Positions 1-10,100 of a DNA stretch of 64,000 bases are shown one piece after another. Within the stretch, counting starts at the first letter, position 1. Every line of letters starts with the position of its first letter. The stretch comes from a virus: IMG/VR virus record IMGVR_UViG_3300045988_131126. One strand, 5' to 3'. A program made the position numbers and the translations under genes. The notes under the pieces are model-generated. The model was given only the letters and a program-made list of their open reading frames with translations, searched no databases and had not been told where the DNA came from.

Positions 1-990
1 ATCAGTTAAGAATACATGCTTATTATCTGTAGGACAGTTTGTAATCGGCATATATGCTTCTCCTTCAAATGTAGCACGAAAAGCACCAAACCAATAATGC
101 TCGATATCGAAGAAGCTTGTGCACTTAGCCCACTCTTCCATTGAAGCAGGCTTATCTCTATCAATAATATGATCATAAAGCATTTTATATCTTACAGATT
201 CAGAATTCATTCTACTTCCGCCAGGATTATTGAGCTTATCAATTTCTGCACCTGTGAAACCAAGCATTCTAAATCTGTTACCTGTATTATATGCTACCCA
301 ATCTGCAGCTTTTCTATTAGGATTTTCTACTGTATCAAGTACAGCATTTAATGCTACTGGCTTCTTAGATATTGTAAATGCAGAAAGGTCATATTTTTTA
401 GCTACAACCTTAATTTTGGATTTTACTGAAGCTTTTAATTTCTCATTGATAATTTCATCATCTCTTGTTTCCTGAGTAGTGGTTGCAGTATTTTCATCTT
501 CATCCTCGTCGTCATCAGGAAATTCGATATCATCAAGATTAGTAGGAATATTATACTCTTCTTTTTTAGGAGCATTATCAAATCCAATTATTTTCTCAGG
601 ATCTGCATCTACTTTTACATCTGCCATTTCTTTAAGTTCATCGTTTGATGTAGGAGTCGCAGACGTTGTTAATACTGGCTTTTCTTCTTCATTCGTATGA
701 TCTGATTCAATTTCAAATTCTTCTTCATTTGTATATTCATCATCTTCTATGATATTAGAATAACCTGTTGTGTATTTAACGGTTTTTTCTACTTCTTCTT
801 GCTGATCTGGTTCTTTTTTAGCTACGCTTTTTGTTACTGATCTACCAGTAATAGCACTAGCTACTGTTTCTTCGTCTCTTTCCTGCGGATAAGCATAATG
901 TACTTCGTTTCCATCATTCTTAAGATCACTAAGAGATACGGAATCTTCTGGTCTTGCGTTGTCTGTAAAAACTTTGTTTTCTGTGGACAT
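1..990 (-). CDS. hypothetical protein, truncated by window edge (first 330 codons present)
   Basis: ATG at 990-988 (MSTENKVFTDNARPEDS...) with AAGGAGG about 1000-1006. I translated minus-strand stretches 1-60 and 781-990 by hand and the frame stays open to position 1. Absent from the ORF track because no stop lies in the window. Acidic low-complexity middle. Confidence 0.7.
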   Translation of the reverse strand, partial: MSTENKVFTDNARPEDSVSLSDLKNDGNEVHYAYPQERDEETVASAITGRSVTKSVAKKEPDQQEEVEKTVKYTTGYSNIIEDDEYTNEEEFEIESDHTNEEEKPVLTTSATPTSNDELKEMADVKVDADPEKIIGFDNAPKKEEYNIPTNLDDIEFPDDDEDEDENTATTTQETRDDEIINEKLKASVKSKIKVVAKKYDLSAFTISKKPVALNAVLDTVENPNRKAADWVAYNTGNRFRMLGFTGAEIDKLNNPGGSRMNSESVRYKMLYDHIIDRDKPASMEEWAKCTSFFDIEHYWFGAFRATFEGEAYMPITNCPTDNKHVFLTD

Positions 991-1010
991 ATTTTACTTC
1001 CTCCTTAAAA

Positions 1011-1436
1011 TTATAAATCGTCTTCATCATCGAAGTCATCTTCAAATCCAGTTTTAACTGAACCCAAGATATTATCTATTTCATCAGCAGACTGTTTAGT
1101 TTCTGCTGCAATTTTCTCTTTGTTTTTATTTCGAGCTTTTATAACTCTTTCCATAGGTTTAGTATTTAATGGAATAGGTTTATCACCTAATAAGACATTA
1201 GCATATCCATATCCAAGCAATTCATTCATTTCCTGTTTAGAAATATTACCATCTGTCTCTTCCATAATTTCATTAAATTTTTTAGCTTCCGCTATTTTCT
1301 TAGGAATAATAACTTTATCGAACACATCCAAAGCTCTATCAGCATCATCTTCTTTTTCTGGATGAAGCATTGGATCATCTTCCTTAGGAGCAGGTTTGAA
1401 ACCGAGTTCTTCAGGAGTCATTTCTACTAAAGCCAT
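1011..1436 (-). CDS. hypothetical acidic protein
   Basis: 141-aa ORF with GAAAGGAG RBS upstream of ATG 1436. Tightly packed with neighbouring minus-strand genes. Confidence 0.75.
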   Translation of the reverse strand: MALVEMTPEELGFKPAPKEDDPMLHPEKEDDADRALDVFDKVIIPKKIAEAKKFNEIMEETDGNISKQEMNELLGYGYANVLLGDKPIPLNTKPMERVIKARNKNKEKIAAETKQSADEIDNILGSVKTGFEDDFDDEDDL

Positions 1437-1454
1437 AAATATATCTCCTTTCTT

Positions 1455-1841
1455 TTATCCGTTATATAATTCGGTTAAAGTAACTTCATTATTTTTGGAT
1501 ATATTAGCTTTTAATGTATAAATAGAATCATCAATATCTAATTCTATTAAAAGAATTTTGTTTTCTTGTAAACTTATATTTACGTCTACTTGAGTAAAAT
1601 ACGGAAGAAATCTATTTATTTGATCCTCAATATTTTCTTCTAAGTCAACAATAGTTTCAGAATTCATATATCTATATTTACTAACCAGTCCTACTCCAGC
1701 TTCTGGGGCAATGGAAATAGTACCTGGTTCTAATAATATTAATCTACATACTAAAGTTAGTATTGCATCTTTATCTTTTATAACTAGAGGTTTATTGAAC
1801 GTACTTGTCGTAAACAAGTGATCTGTAAAAGTTTGCATCAT
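1455..1841 (-). CDS. baseplate wedge protein, gp25/GPW-like
   Basis: 128 aa. LILLEPGTISIAPEAGVGLVSKYRY..LEENIEDQINRFLP..VDVNIS..NKILLIELDI resembles the GPW/gp25 pattern (T..GeR...P.fG..l, then wEPR..v.v). GGAGG RBS. Assigned from memory of the family pattern. Confidence 0.55.
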   Translation of the reverse strand: MMQTFTDHLFTTSTFNKPLVIKDKDAILTLVCRLILLEPGTISIAPEAGVGLVSKYRYMNSETIVDLEENIEDQINRFLPYFTQVDVNISLQENKILLIELDIDDSIYTLKANISKNNEVTLTELYNG

Positions 1842-1880
1842 TTACCTCCTTTAAATCTTACTATAAAGTTATTCAAATAC

Positions 1881-1910
1881 AATTATATATTATAATAGTG
1901 AATACGAAGA
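1881..1910 (+). promoter_or_regulatory. promoter-like box (variant of the repeated AATTATATATTATTATAGTGATAA motif)
   Basis: aattatatattataatagtgaatacgaag sits about 30 nt upstream of the RBS of 1937..2656. It aligns with the boxes at 5816, 18787, 26900 and 33181. Confidence 0.35.
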
Positions 1911-1936
1911 CAAAAATATAAAAGGAGGAAGTCAAT

Positions 1937-2656
1937 ATGAAAAATATATTAGCCGTATTTAATTGTGTACTTAAAGTTATGCATACAGAAGAAGATTGGA
2001 CGGAAGATGACAGATATTTTATGATATCACGTCAGGATTTATTTGCTGCTTTAGAAGAAGCAGAACAGTATATTTCAGACGTGTTTAATGAAGTGTATGG
2101 GAAAATCAATAATACCGAATGGCCATATAAACTGGTGAATGATGAGTATGATATTTATATAAAAATACTTAATGATAAATTTGAGTCGACCGGATATGAA
2201 CCAGATTCTGTAGATATGCTGACATTTGACCATGATATTAGATCAAATGATGAGTATCTGAAATATGTAGATTATGTGGAATATAGGTATGACTTCAAAA
2301 CAAGAAAAAGCAAAAGATATGAGAATGTTTATGGATGTGAACCTATAAGGCGGGATATTGGAGATAGCAAAAAATATCCAAGCTTTAAAATAGGCGATAT
2401 AGTAAAGCTTCAATATTCTGATAAATTATATGTTGTAAGCGGTGCTCCAACTATTAACAGTTTAAATAGAACTGTATGGAATCTGACATATTGTATACTT
2501 CCGTATATATGTGGTAAAGAAACCGATTTGTTTGTTGATGGTGAAAAAGAAGGAGTACATGAAAGCGAATTAGAACTTGTGTCTAAAGGTAATAATAAAC
2601 ATTTGCATTTAGATTATAAAAAGGGTACGTATATTATAACTGATAAGGAGAATTAA
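1937..2656 (+). CDS. hypothetical protein
   Basis: 239-aa ORF with AAAGGAGG RBS. Confidence 0.8.
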   Translation: MKNILAVFNCVLKVMHTEEDWTEDDRYFMISRQDLFAALEEAEQYISDVFNEVYGKINNTEWPYKLVNDEYDIYIKILNDKFESTGYEPDSVDMLTFDHDIRSNDEYLKYVDYVEYRYDFKTRKSKRYENVYGCEPIRRDIGDSKKYPSFKIGDIVKLQYSDKLYVVSGAPTINSLNRTVWNLTYCILPYICGKETDLFVDGEKEGVHESELELVSKGNNKHLHLDYKKGTYIITDKEN

Positions 2657-2657
2657 A

Positions 2658-3098
2658 ATGCGTATGAATTACTTAGAATTAGCTGATAAATTAAAAGAAA
2701 ACACTATAACTCGTTTAAAAGAGGAAGTGATCCCATTAAATGAATTTACAGTAAGTAAAGATATAACCGGACTGGATCATAATATAATGATGGGAAATGC
2801 AAGCGAAAATCATCCAAACAGAATCAAAATATTTATTGGCAAGAAACCGGCCATTACTATAGCTTCTACTGGAGGAGAGGATGAACCTGCTGAAGTAAAA
2901 ATATTACCAAATAAACAAAGAGCCGAAGGATTAATTGGAGGTCCGAAAGAATTAAATAAATATATAAAATTTTTCAAAGAAAACTATGATCTTGTATTGC
3001 GTATAACTGATGACATGATGAATTCGGTAGATAAAGGAATTAGTAAACAATTGGAAAATGAAATTAAAGAAGAATTAAAAAGAAGGAGCAAAAAATAA
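2658..3098 (+). CDS. hypothetical protein
   Basis: 146-aa ORF with AAGGAG RBS. The start lies 2 nt after the preceding stop. A terminator follows. Confidence 0.8.
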   Translation: MRMNYLELADKLKENTITRLKEEVIPLNEFTVSKDITGLDHNIMMGNASENHPNRIKIFIGKKPAITIASTGGEDEPAEVKILPNKQRAEGLIGGPKELNKYIKFFKENYDLVLRITDDMMNSVDKGISKQLENEIKEELKRRSKK

Positions 3099-3104
3099 TT
3101 TAAG

Positions 3105-3149
3105 CAGTATGAGATGGAGTAAAACCCGTCTCATACTGTTTTATTTTTT
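3105..3149 (+). terminator. rho-independent terminator
   Basis: cagtatgaga(t)...gtctcatactg stem followed by ttttatttttt. Confidence 0.75.
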
Positions 3150-3318
3150 GTGATATTTTAATAAAATATAAATTTTAGCAAATGAGAAATATATTATGTA
3201 TTTAGGAACAAACCAAAATAGAATACAAAGAAGTACAGTATTCCTTAAATGATGTAAAAATTTACAAAAGATGATCTAAATTATATTTGCAAATGTATAG
3301 AAAATGACTAAATATATG

Positions 3319-3354
3319 GTAGTAAGACCGAATATTCGGTCTTACTACTTTTTT
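3319..3354 (+). terminator. rho-independent terminator with no ORF upstream (orphan)
   Basis: gtagtaagaccg-aatatt-cggtcttactac (12-bp perfect stem) followed by tttttt. No tracked ORF lies between 3150 and 3319. Confidence 0.7.
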
Positions 3355-3406
3355 GTATATCTGAAACATTTCAGTAATTAATCAAATAAAGGAGAGTACA
3401 GTTATT

Positions 3407-5731
3407 ATGAACGAAATAGCATTAATGGAAGCAGCCTCTTCTGTATATAAAAGAAAATATCAATGCCCTTACTGTAACGAAAAATATGATAGAATTAAAC
3501 TTGTGGATCATATAGAAAAGAAACATTCGGAATTCATTCCAAAAGACTTTACTGCATCTAGAATAGTATTTAATACCGTAAATAAAAAAGAAAAAGGCAA
3601 ATGCACTATATGTGGAAAAGAATCTCCATGGGACGAAGATAAATGTAGATACGATAGATTTTGCAGTGATAAATGTAAAAAAGCTTACGAGCAACTAGCT
3701 GCAGAAAGATTAAAAAGGGTAAGAGGAATGACTAAGCAAGAAATGCTTAAAGATCCAGAATATCAAAATAATGTAATGCTTGCCAATAGAAGTATATCAG
3801 GAAAATATAAATTTCAAGATGGAACCATAAGAACTTATGTAGGTTCTTATGAGCATAAGTTTTTGGAATTTATGGATAAATTTTTAAATGTAAAAAGCGA
3901 GGACCTAGAAACTCCTGGGCCTATAATAGAATATAAGTTTAAAGGAGAAACTCATAAGTGGATTACTGATGCTTATTATGCTCCATATAACTTAGCATTT
4001 GATATTAAAGATGGCGGAGATAATCCAAATAAAAGAGAAATGCCTGAATATAGAGCTAAACAAATAGCAAAAGAAGATGCTATTAGAAAACAAGGTAAAT
4101 ATAATTATATAAGATTAACCGATAACAAGTTTGAGCAATTGATAGAATTAATGCTTGAATTAAAAGAATTATATATAGAGAATAATGGAGAATATAATCC
4201 TATTATAAGAATCAATGAATCTACTGTATTAGAAAGCAAGAAAGCCAAAGACTTAGGACCTAAAGTATGTAGTAAATGTGGATCTAAAAACATAGGAGTA
4301 TTTTTCCAAGGAGAACCTATCTACAAATGTAAAGATTGCGGAGAATATTTAGGAGTAGTACCATTTAACGAATCTGCTTCAAACGATATAATCCAAAATG
4401 CGTTTAATTCAGTAATTCATACTATTAAATGGTGCAGAATGGATGACTCTGCTTTTTGCAGTATAAATGAATATAACAAGCCAAAGATAATTAGCGATAA
4501 TTCATTCTCTGCTGGTAAATTTGCGTATGAATCTGGAATTGATGCTGTAGTAAAAACTATTAACTATAACAATATTTTCGAAAATGGAAAATATTCTGCA
4601 AGATGTGATAATAATGAATTAATTATCACGATTGATAAATTGAATAACATGAATGAATCATATATTATAGATGAAATATATAAAGGAGATAATAATATGA
4701 TTCGTGAAAATAAATCTACACTTGATCCAAATCATAAAACTAAAAAGACTGATACAACTTTTAAGTTTATAGATCTTAAAGATCCTAGCGTAGATAAATA
4801 TTTAAAACAAGACAAATATTGTACAGAGTATTGGGATTATATTCATAAAAGTTGCATAGGTGAAATAGTTATAGATGCTGATAGCGATTGTATAGCAGGA
4901 TATGTATTCTTAGATAATAAGAAATATCCGGGATTTATAACTCCGGTTGTAGTGATTAAGAAATATAGAGGATATGGATTATCTTCTAAGCTTGTAAAAG
5001 ATGCCATAAATAAATATAAGGCCATAGATTTAACTGTAACGAAAGATAACGAAGTTGCTATTAAATTATATAAAGATAACGGGTTCGTTATAATTGGAGA
5101 CGGTAATTCCAAAAATGAGTATTGGATGAAGCTCAAAAGCAAGCTTACTGATGAAGAGAAATCTAAATCACTAAAAGAATTTTCTATAATAACTCCATCA
5201 TCTGATAAACCTTCTCAAGAAGGATTTATTGGTCATGGATCTTGGAATGCTATTAAGAAAGTTAATGGAGAACCATATAGAGAGCGTGTAGAAGTAATTA
5301 TATTTAATAAGGAATTAGATAAAGTACTTATTGGTACTAGAAAATCTGATGGTAGTGTTAAACTACCTGGAGGTGGTACTGATAAGAATTCTTCATTAGA
5401 GTCTCAAGCTGCTAAAGAATGTCAAGAAGAAGTAAAGGTAAATATAGATAATCTTAAGTATATCGGAAGTTATTCTATGTCTAATGAACAGGCTAGGTAT
5501 AAGGATGATGTATATAAAGGACAATACACGTATCTATATTTAGCAATTTATGATTCTGATTATACTGGATATATTAGACCAGAAGATCTTGATTCTTTAT
5601 ATGATACAGCTGAATGGATGAGTATTTATGATGCTAAAAAATTATTAAAGAAGAGATCTGTAGATTTATACAACTTATTTAACTATAATTATAAATTATA
5701 TATTAATGATTTATCGTATTTAAAATTATAA
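3407..5731 (+). CDS. multidomain protein: Zn-finger / PD-(D/E)xK-like nuclease fold / Zn-ribbon / GNAT acetyltransferase / Nudix-like hydrolase
   Basis: 774 aa. Motifs seen: YQCPYCNEKY..HIEKKH and CTICGK..FCSDKCKKAY Cys clusters; WITDAYY..LAFDIKDGG (3958-4018) fits D..(D/E)xK; CSKC..CKDC (4268-4339); VVVIKKYRGYGLSSKLV (4946-4996) is GNAT motif-A-like; LPGGGTDKNSSLESQAAKECQEEVKV (5363-5440) is Nudix-box-like (KECQEE for REUxEE). Confidence 0.7.
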   Translation: MNEIALMEAASSVYKRKYQCPYCNEKYDRIKLVDHIEKKHSEFIPKDFTASRIVFNTVNKKEKGKCTICGKESPWDEDKCRYDRFCSDKCKKAYEQLAAERLKRVRGMTKQEMLKDPEYQNNVMLANRSISGKYKFQDGTIRTYVGSYEHKFLEFMDKFLNVKSEDLETPGPIIEYKFKGETHKWITDAYYAPYNLAFDIKDGGDNPNKREMPEYRAKQIAKEDAIRKQGKYNYIRLTDNKFEQLIELMLELKELYIENNGEYNPIIRINESTVLESKKAKDLGPKVCSKCGSKNIGVFFQGEPIYKCKDCGEYLGVVPFNESASNDIIQNAFNSVIHTIKWCRMDDSAFCSINEYNKPKIISDNSFSAGKFAYESGIDAVVKTINYNNIFENGKYSARCDNNELIITIDKLNNMNESYIIDEIYKGDNNMIRENKSTLDPNHKTKKTDTTFKFIDLKDPSVDKYLKQDKYCTEYWDYIHKSCIGEIVIDADSDCIAGYVFLDNKKYPGFITPVVVIKKYRGYGLSSKLVKDAINKYKAIDLTVTKDNEVAIKLYKDNGFVIIGDGNSKNEYWMKLKSKLTDEEKSKSLKEFSIITPSSDKPSQEGFIGHGSWNAIKKVNGEPYRERVEVIIFNKELDKVLIGTRKSDGSVKLPGGGTDKNSSLESQAAKECQEEVKVNIDNLKYIGSYSMSNEQARYKDDVYKGQYTYLYLAIYDSDYTGYIRPEDLDSLYDTAEWMSIYDAKKLLKKRSVDLYNLFNYNYKLYINDLSYLKL

Positions 5732-5736
5732 ATTGT

Positions 5737-5770
5737 AACCCCATAATCTGTATTGGATTATGGGGTTTCT
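5737..5770 (+). terminator. rho-independent terminator
   Basis: aaccccataatc...gattatggggtt stem followed by tct. Confidence 0.65.
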
Positions 5771-5777
5771 TAATGGC

Positions 5778-5813
5778 TCTGAATATATTCAGAATATGAT
5801 AGATTCAGAATAT
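5778..5813. promoter_or_regulatory. operator-like palindrome plus repeated half-site
   Basis: Perfect 16-bp palindrome tctgaatatattcaga (5778-5793). ATTCAGAATAT occurs at 5787-5797 and again at 5803-5813, immediately upstream of the promoter box of the HTH gene. Confidence 0.5.
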
Positions 5814-5815
5814 AT

Positions 5816-5846
5816 AATTGTATATTATTACTGTGAATAAATAAAA
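5816..5846 (+). promoter_or_regulatory. promoter-like box (repeated motif variant)
   Basis: aattgtatattattactgtgaataaataaaa aligns with the repeated aattatatattattatagtgataa box. It lies about 25 nt upstream of the RBS of 5874..7034. Confidence 0.4.
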
Positions 5847-5873
5847 TTTTTCAACACTAAGGAGGAAAAACTT

Positions 5874-7034
5874 ATGAAGAGATCTAAAACAAACACATAC
5901 TATAATTTTAACGCTCCAACAGTAGAAGAACTGGATCCCGTCAGTAAAAAGATTTATGATGGGTTATGTAATGGTGAAAACAAAAAGGTACTTTCGAATA
6001 AGTATAAAGTACCAATGACTGCAATCATCGCATTGCAGAAAAGGTTTAAAACCGGTACAATTGCAAATTCGCAGTTACCTGAAATGGTGCAGAAAACGGA
6101 AACTACTGACAAATCCAAAGTAATTCAAATCGGAAACGATTCAGATTCTAGCAAAGATAGTGTAGAAACTAAATCTAGAAAGAAGAGAAAAACTGTTAAC
6201 GAGGATGATATAGATTTAGTTATCGAATTTGTCAAAGATGGATATACATCTAAACAAATCGCTGAATTGACAAATTTATCAATATCTACAATATCTAGGA
6301 TACGAACCAATAATCGGTCAGAGTGTCAGTCTTCCAAAACAAACACCGAGAATACTATCAGCACTACTGAAGATCATAAAACTCATTCAGATATAGTACC
6401 TATAGGTACTTCTATCAGAGTTGGGTTAGTAGCTGACAGGCATAATATGCCTGTAAATGATTTTATCTTCAAGACATCTTTATCTAAGTCGATCATGTTC
6501 GATTATGATAAAATTGAAGATATCTGTAGAGAATACATCGACGAGATGGTTGATTTCATCAATGGAGAAGCTCAACAGAAGTTAGTAGTGTACGTGACTG
6601 GTATTCAGTGTGTATTATCTTCTTTGATCAAAGTAGCTAATGAAAAGAAGGTAAATTTAACACTGAGACACTATGACTCAGACACTAATACTTATCACAC
6701 TCATGTGATATGGGATCAATTTGGTGGTTCCACACCTGTAGAGATAGATGAGTTATTAGTAAACTCAAAAAGTTCTTATACATATAAGTGTGATATAAAA
6801 GAACTTATTGAGAATAAATCATGCATAAAGATAGTAGAGGTTCATTATAATAATGATACCGTGGTCTATCAAGATGCATACTTGGTAAAAAATACTGATG
6901 ATATGTTTATGCTTGTGTCTGACATGATGAAGAAATCAGACAAAGATGTATCAATCTATGCCAAAGGCTATGATTTGATTAAAGGTCGATTCGTGTTAAA
7001 CGGAATTGATCTTAAGTTAAAAAATAAAAATTGA
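5874..7034 (+). CDS. putative DNA-binding (helix-turn-helix) regulator with uncharacterised C-terminal domain
   Basis: 386 aa. GYTSKQIAELTNLSISTISRIRTN is a classic HTH. A second HTH-like stretch is LSNKYKVPMTAIIALQKRF. TAAGGAGG RBS. I do not recognise the C-terminal about 200 aa. Confidence 0.6.
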   Translation: MKRSKTNTYYNFNAPTVEELDPVSKKIYDGLCNGENKKVLSNKYKVPMTAIIALQKRFKTGTIANSQLPEMVQKTETTDKSKVIQIGNDSDSSKDSVETKSRKKRKTVNEDDIDLVIEFVKDGYTSKQIAELTNLSISTISRIRTNNRSECQSSKTNTENTISTTEDHKTHSDIVPIGTSIRVGLVADRHNMPVNDFIFKTSLSKSIMFDYDKIEDICREYIDEMVDFINGEAQQKLVVYVTGIQCVLSSLIKVANEKKVNLTLRHYDSDTNTYHTHVIWDQFGGSTPVEIDELLVNSKSSYTYKCDIKELIENKSCIKIVEVHYNNDTVVYQDAYLVKNTDDMFMLVSDMMKKSDKDVSIYAKGYDLIKGRFVLNGIDLKLKNKN

Positions 7035-7063
7035 GGAATTAGGTCCTCATTTGTGTCCAAACG

Positions 7064-7105
7064 GAAACCCAGGTACTAATATTAGTACCTGGGTTTATTT
7101 TTTTT
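7064..7105 (+). terminator. rho-independent terminator
   Basis: aaacccaggtact-aatatt-agtacctgggttt (13-bp stem) followed by attttttttt. Confidence 0.8.
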
Positions 7106-7150
7106 TAGGAATACATTAAAATAAAGAGAAATCGAAGGTAGGTGATATAA

Positions 7151-10100
7151 GTGCCAATATTTGTTGACGATACAGAAGCTGTTAATGAAAAAGTTAACAG
7201 TTTCTCAGCATTCATATCTACTAAAATAATAATTGATGAAAAAGAAAATAAGATATTTATCAAAGGAATTAATTATGATAAATTTCTTATAAGAATAAAA
7301 GATATGTATGAAACTAAATCGGTAAATAAATTATTTACAAAAAACTATACTCCATTTACACAAAAATTATGGGAGAAAAAGAAAATACCTGGATATAAGA
7401 GAAAAGTTACAAATTTAGAAGTAGATTTATTTTTTGCTAGCGAATTATATAATATATTAATGCAATTAGCTGATTATTATAATCTCAGATATTATCGTAG
7501 AATGGCAGAATATATAAAGAAAAATACTTATTTGGATAATCTCGATAAAAATATTGATGTAAAAGTTGATATAAATAGACTAAATAGTATATTGAACGAA
7601 GATTACAAGCCTAAAGATTTTCAAGAAGAATTTATCAAAAAATATTTCGAATATAAAGAAATATATGATCTAGATGGGTATATATTATCGTTTGATCAAG
7701 GTTTGGGAAAGACATTTACCGCAGCTTGTATATCGGAACTTATACATCCAGATCAAACAATAATAGTATGTATGAATACGCTTAAAGAGAACTGGGCTAA
7801 TGAATTAAGATTATATTTCAAAAAATATAATGATATCGAAAGATTCAAAAGAGAAGTATATGTATATGGAGTTTCTAAACCAAAAGAATACTCCAACGAT
7901 ACAAGATATATTATCGTAAATAATGAATCAATAAATAAAATATTTCCATTAGTTAAGAATACAAATTCTACTATGATAATAGTCGATGAATGCCAAAATT
8001 TTAGAAATTTAGATTCATTGCAAACCAAAAACATGCTCAAATTAAAGCAAATAACTAAGTCCAAAGACAATCTTATGATGTCCGGTACACCTATAAAAGC
8101 TAATCCGAGCGAAATAGTACCAGCTATGATGATGATTGATAGAACCTTCACTTTAGATTTAGCCAAACTATATATAAAAGCATTTACAAGTAATACCGAT
8201 ACATTGTCTGATGTGGTTCAGACAAGGTTTAATAGAACTATATATAGAAAAACAAAAGATCAAGTTTTGGATTTACCATCTAAAACTGTAACTAATTTTA
8301 AATTAGAGTATAAAGATGAAGATCCTTATTTGATGATAAATGTAAAAAAGAAAGTAGCGGATAGATTTCAAGAAATACTTGAAAGCTATAAAGACGAGGT
8401 AGATTCTGTTAAAGATGAATTTAGAGAAACGACTTTAAAATATTCATCACAAGATAGAACTACTACGTTAGACTATATAAAATTTGTTGATAAAGGACAA
8501 GATTATGAATCTGTACATGATTCGTTATATGACTTATATGATGGATTTATCAAGAATAATGTATATCCTAATATAAAAGATAAAGATGAATTAAAAAGAT
8601 ATAAATACGTAGTAAGTGTATATGTATATATAACTCAAAAATGTTTTTTCTTAGCTATGGGAGAAGTTCTACCAAAAATAAAAGCTAAAGCATTTAATGA
8701 GTTATATGATAATAATAAAGATCTTATATATAAAATGATCAATAATAATCCAAAGAAAACAGTTATTTTTTCTACTATAGTAGAAGTTGTAGATCATATT
8801 TGTGATGATCTTAATAAAAACGATATAAAAGCTGTAAAGATAACTGGATCTGTAAAAAATCGAATGAATATTATTAATCAATTTAGAGAAGATGATACTG
8901 TAGATGTATTAGTAGCAACCTCTCAAACTATGGGAACTGGTGTTACATTAGTAGAAGCAAACCAAATGATGGTATTTTGTCCTCCGTATAGAAAAGCAGA
9001 TTTTGATCAAGCCTGTGATCGTATATATAGAATAGGACAAACTCATCCGGTAAATATTTATAATATAATAGGATCTACTTCATCTAAAGACATAACTACA
9101 AGAATGACAGATATATTAGATTGGTCAGATCAAATGGTTTCTTCTGTATTAGATAATATAGTTAATGAAGAAGCTTTAATAGAAAAATATAAAGGAGAAG
9201 ATACTAATATGATCATGTTTGAAGAAGCTATATATGATTCTAAACATACAGAACCGGTATATATAGTATTGATGCATACCGGAACTATGCTGGCTAATAC
9301 CATAAAGGCTGTAACAAAAGATGAATTTTCCCATTCATGTATATCATTTACAAGTAAACTTGATCCGATGTTTTCTTTTGGTAACAAGAAAACGTCATAT
9401 ATTGCCGGGCAACCTGGATTTGTTCAGCAAAATACCAAGGACGAGTTTTTTAAGAAGAAAAAATCTGTTTATGAAATATATGTAATGTTTGTAAGCAAAA
9501 GTCAAAAACAGAAGATGATAGATAGATTAAAATGGTTCAAAGAAAAAGATAAATATTTAGGGTATGATATTATAGGATTAATTAAATATAAATTAGGCAT
9601 ATCTAGCGATGATAATCTTAAAAAATGGTTCTGTTCAAGATTTGTAGCAGAATTATTAGGCCAAGCTGAAGATTTGGGCAGGGATGCTAGTTTATTTAGT
9701 CCTCAAGATTTTAAAAATGATTTGAATTTTATTTCTTTAGTTAATAAAGGCGATGATTTATATAATTATGATTACAAAGTGACAGAGCGAAACTTAAAAA
9801 AAATAAAGGAAGGAGATTATTCGTATAACGAATCTGATGCAAATATGGGAATAATAGAAAAAGCTTTACTAGAAATGGACAATACAGATGATATTAAAGA
9901 ATCAACTTTATTAACTGAGACACTAGAAGATTTTCTTAATAACGGTATGACTGTAAGTGAATCTTTAGCATTAAATGAAGCCACATTATCTTCTAAAGAA
10001 AGAAAATCTTTACCTGATAAAACATTTGGTTTACCAGAAAAAAGAAAATTTCCTTTAAACGATTACGATCATGTAATTTTAGCTATTAAATTCTTCAATA

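Noticed and set aside
169-700. Three plus-strand track ORFs (169-351, 230-475, 479-700).
   Set aside because: They lie antisense to a continuous minus-strand reading frame (1-990) that has a proper RBS and start. Their products are low-complexity Ser/Ile/Phe-rich strings typical of shadow ORFs in AT-rich DNA.
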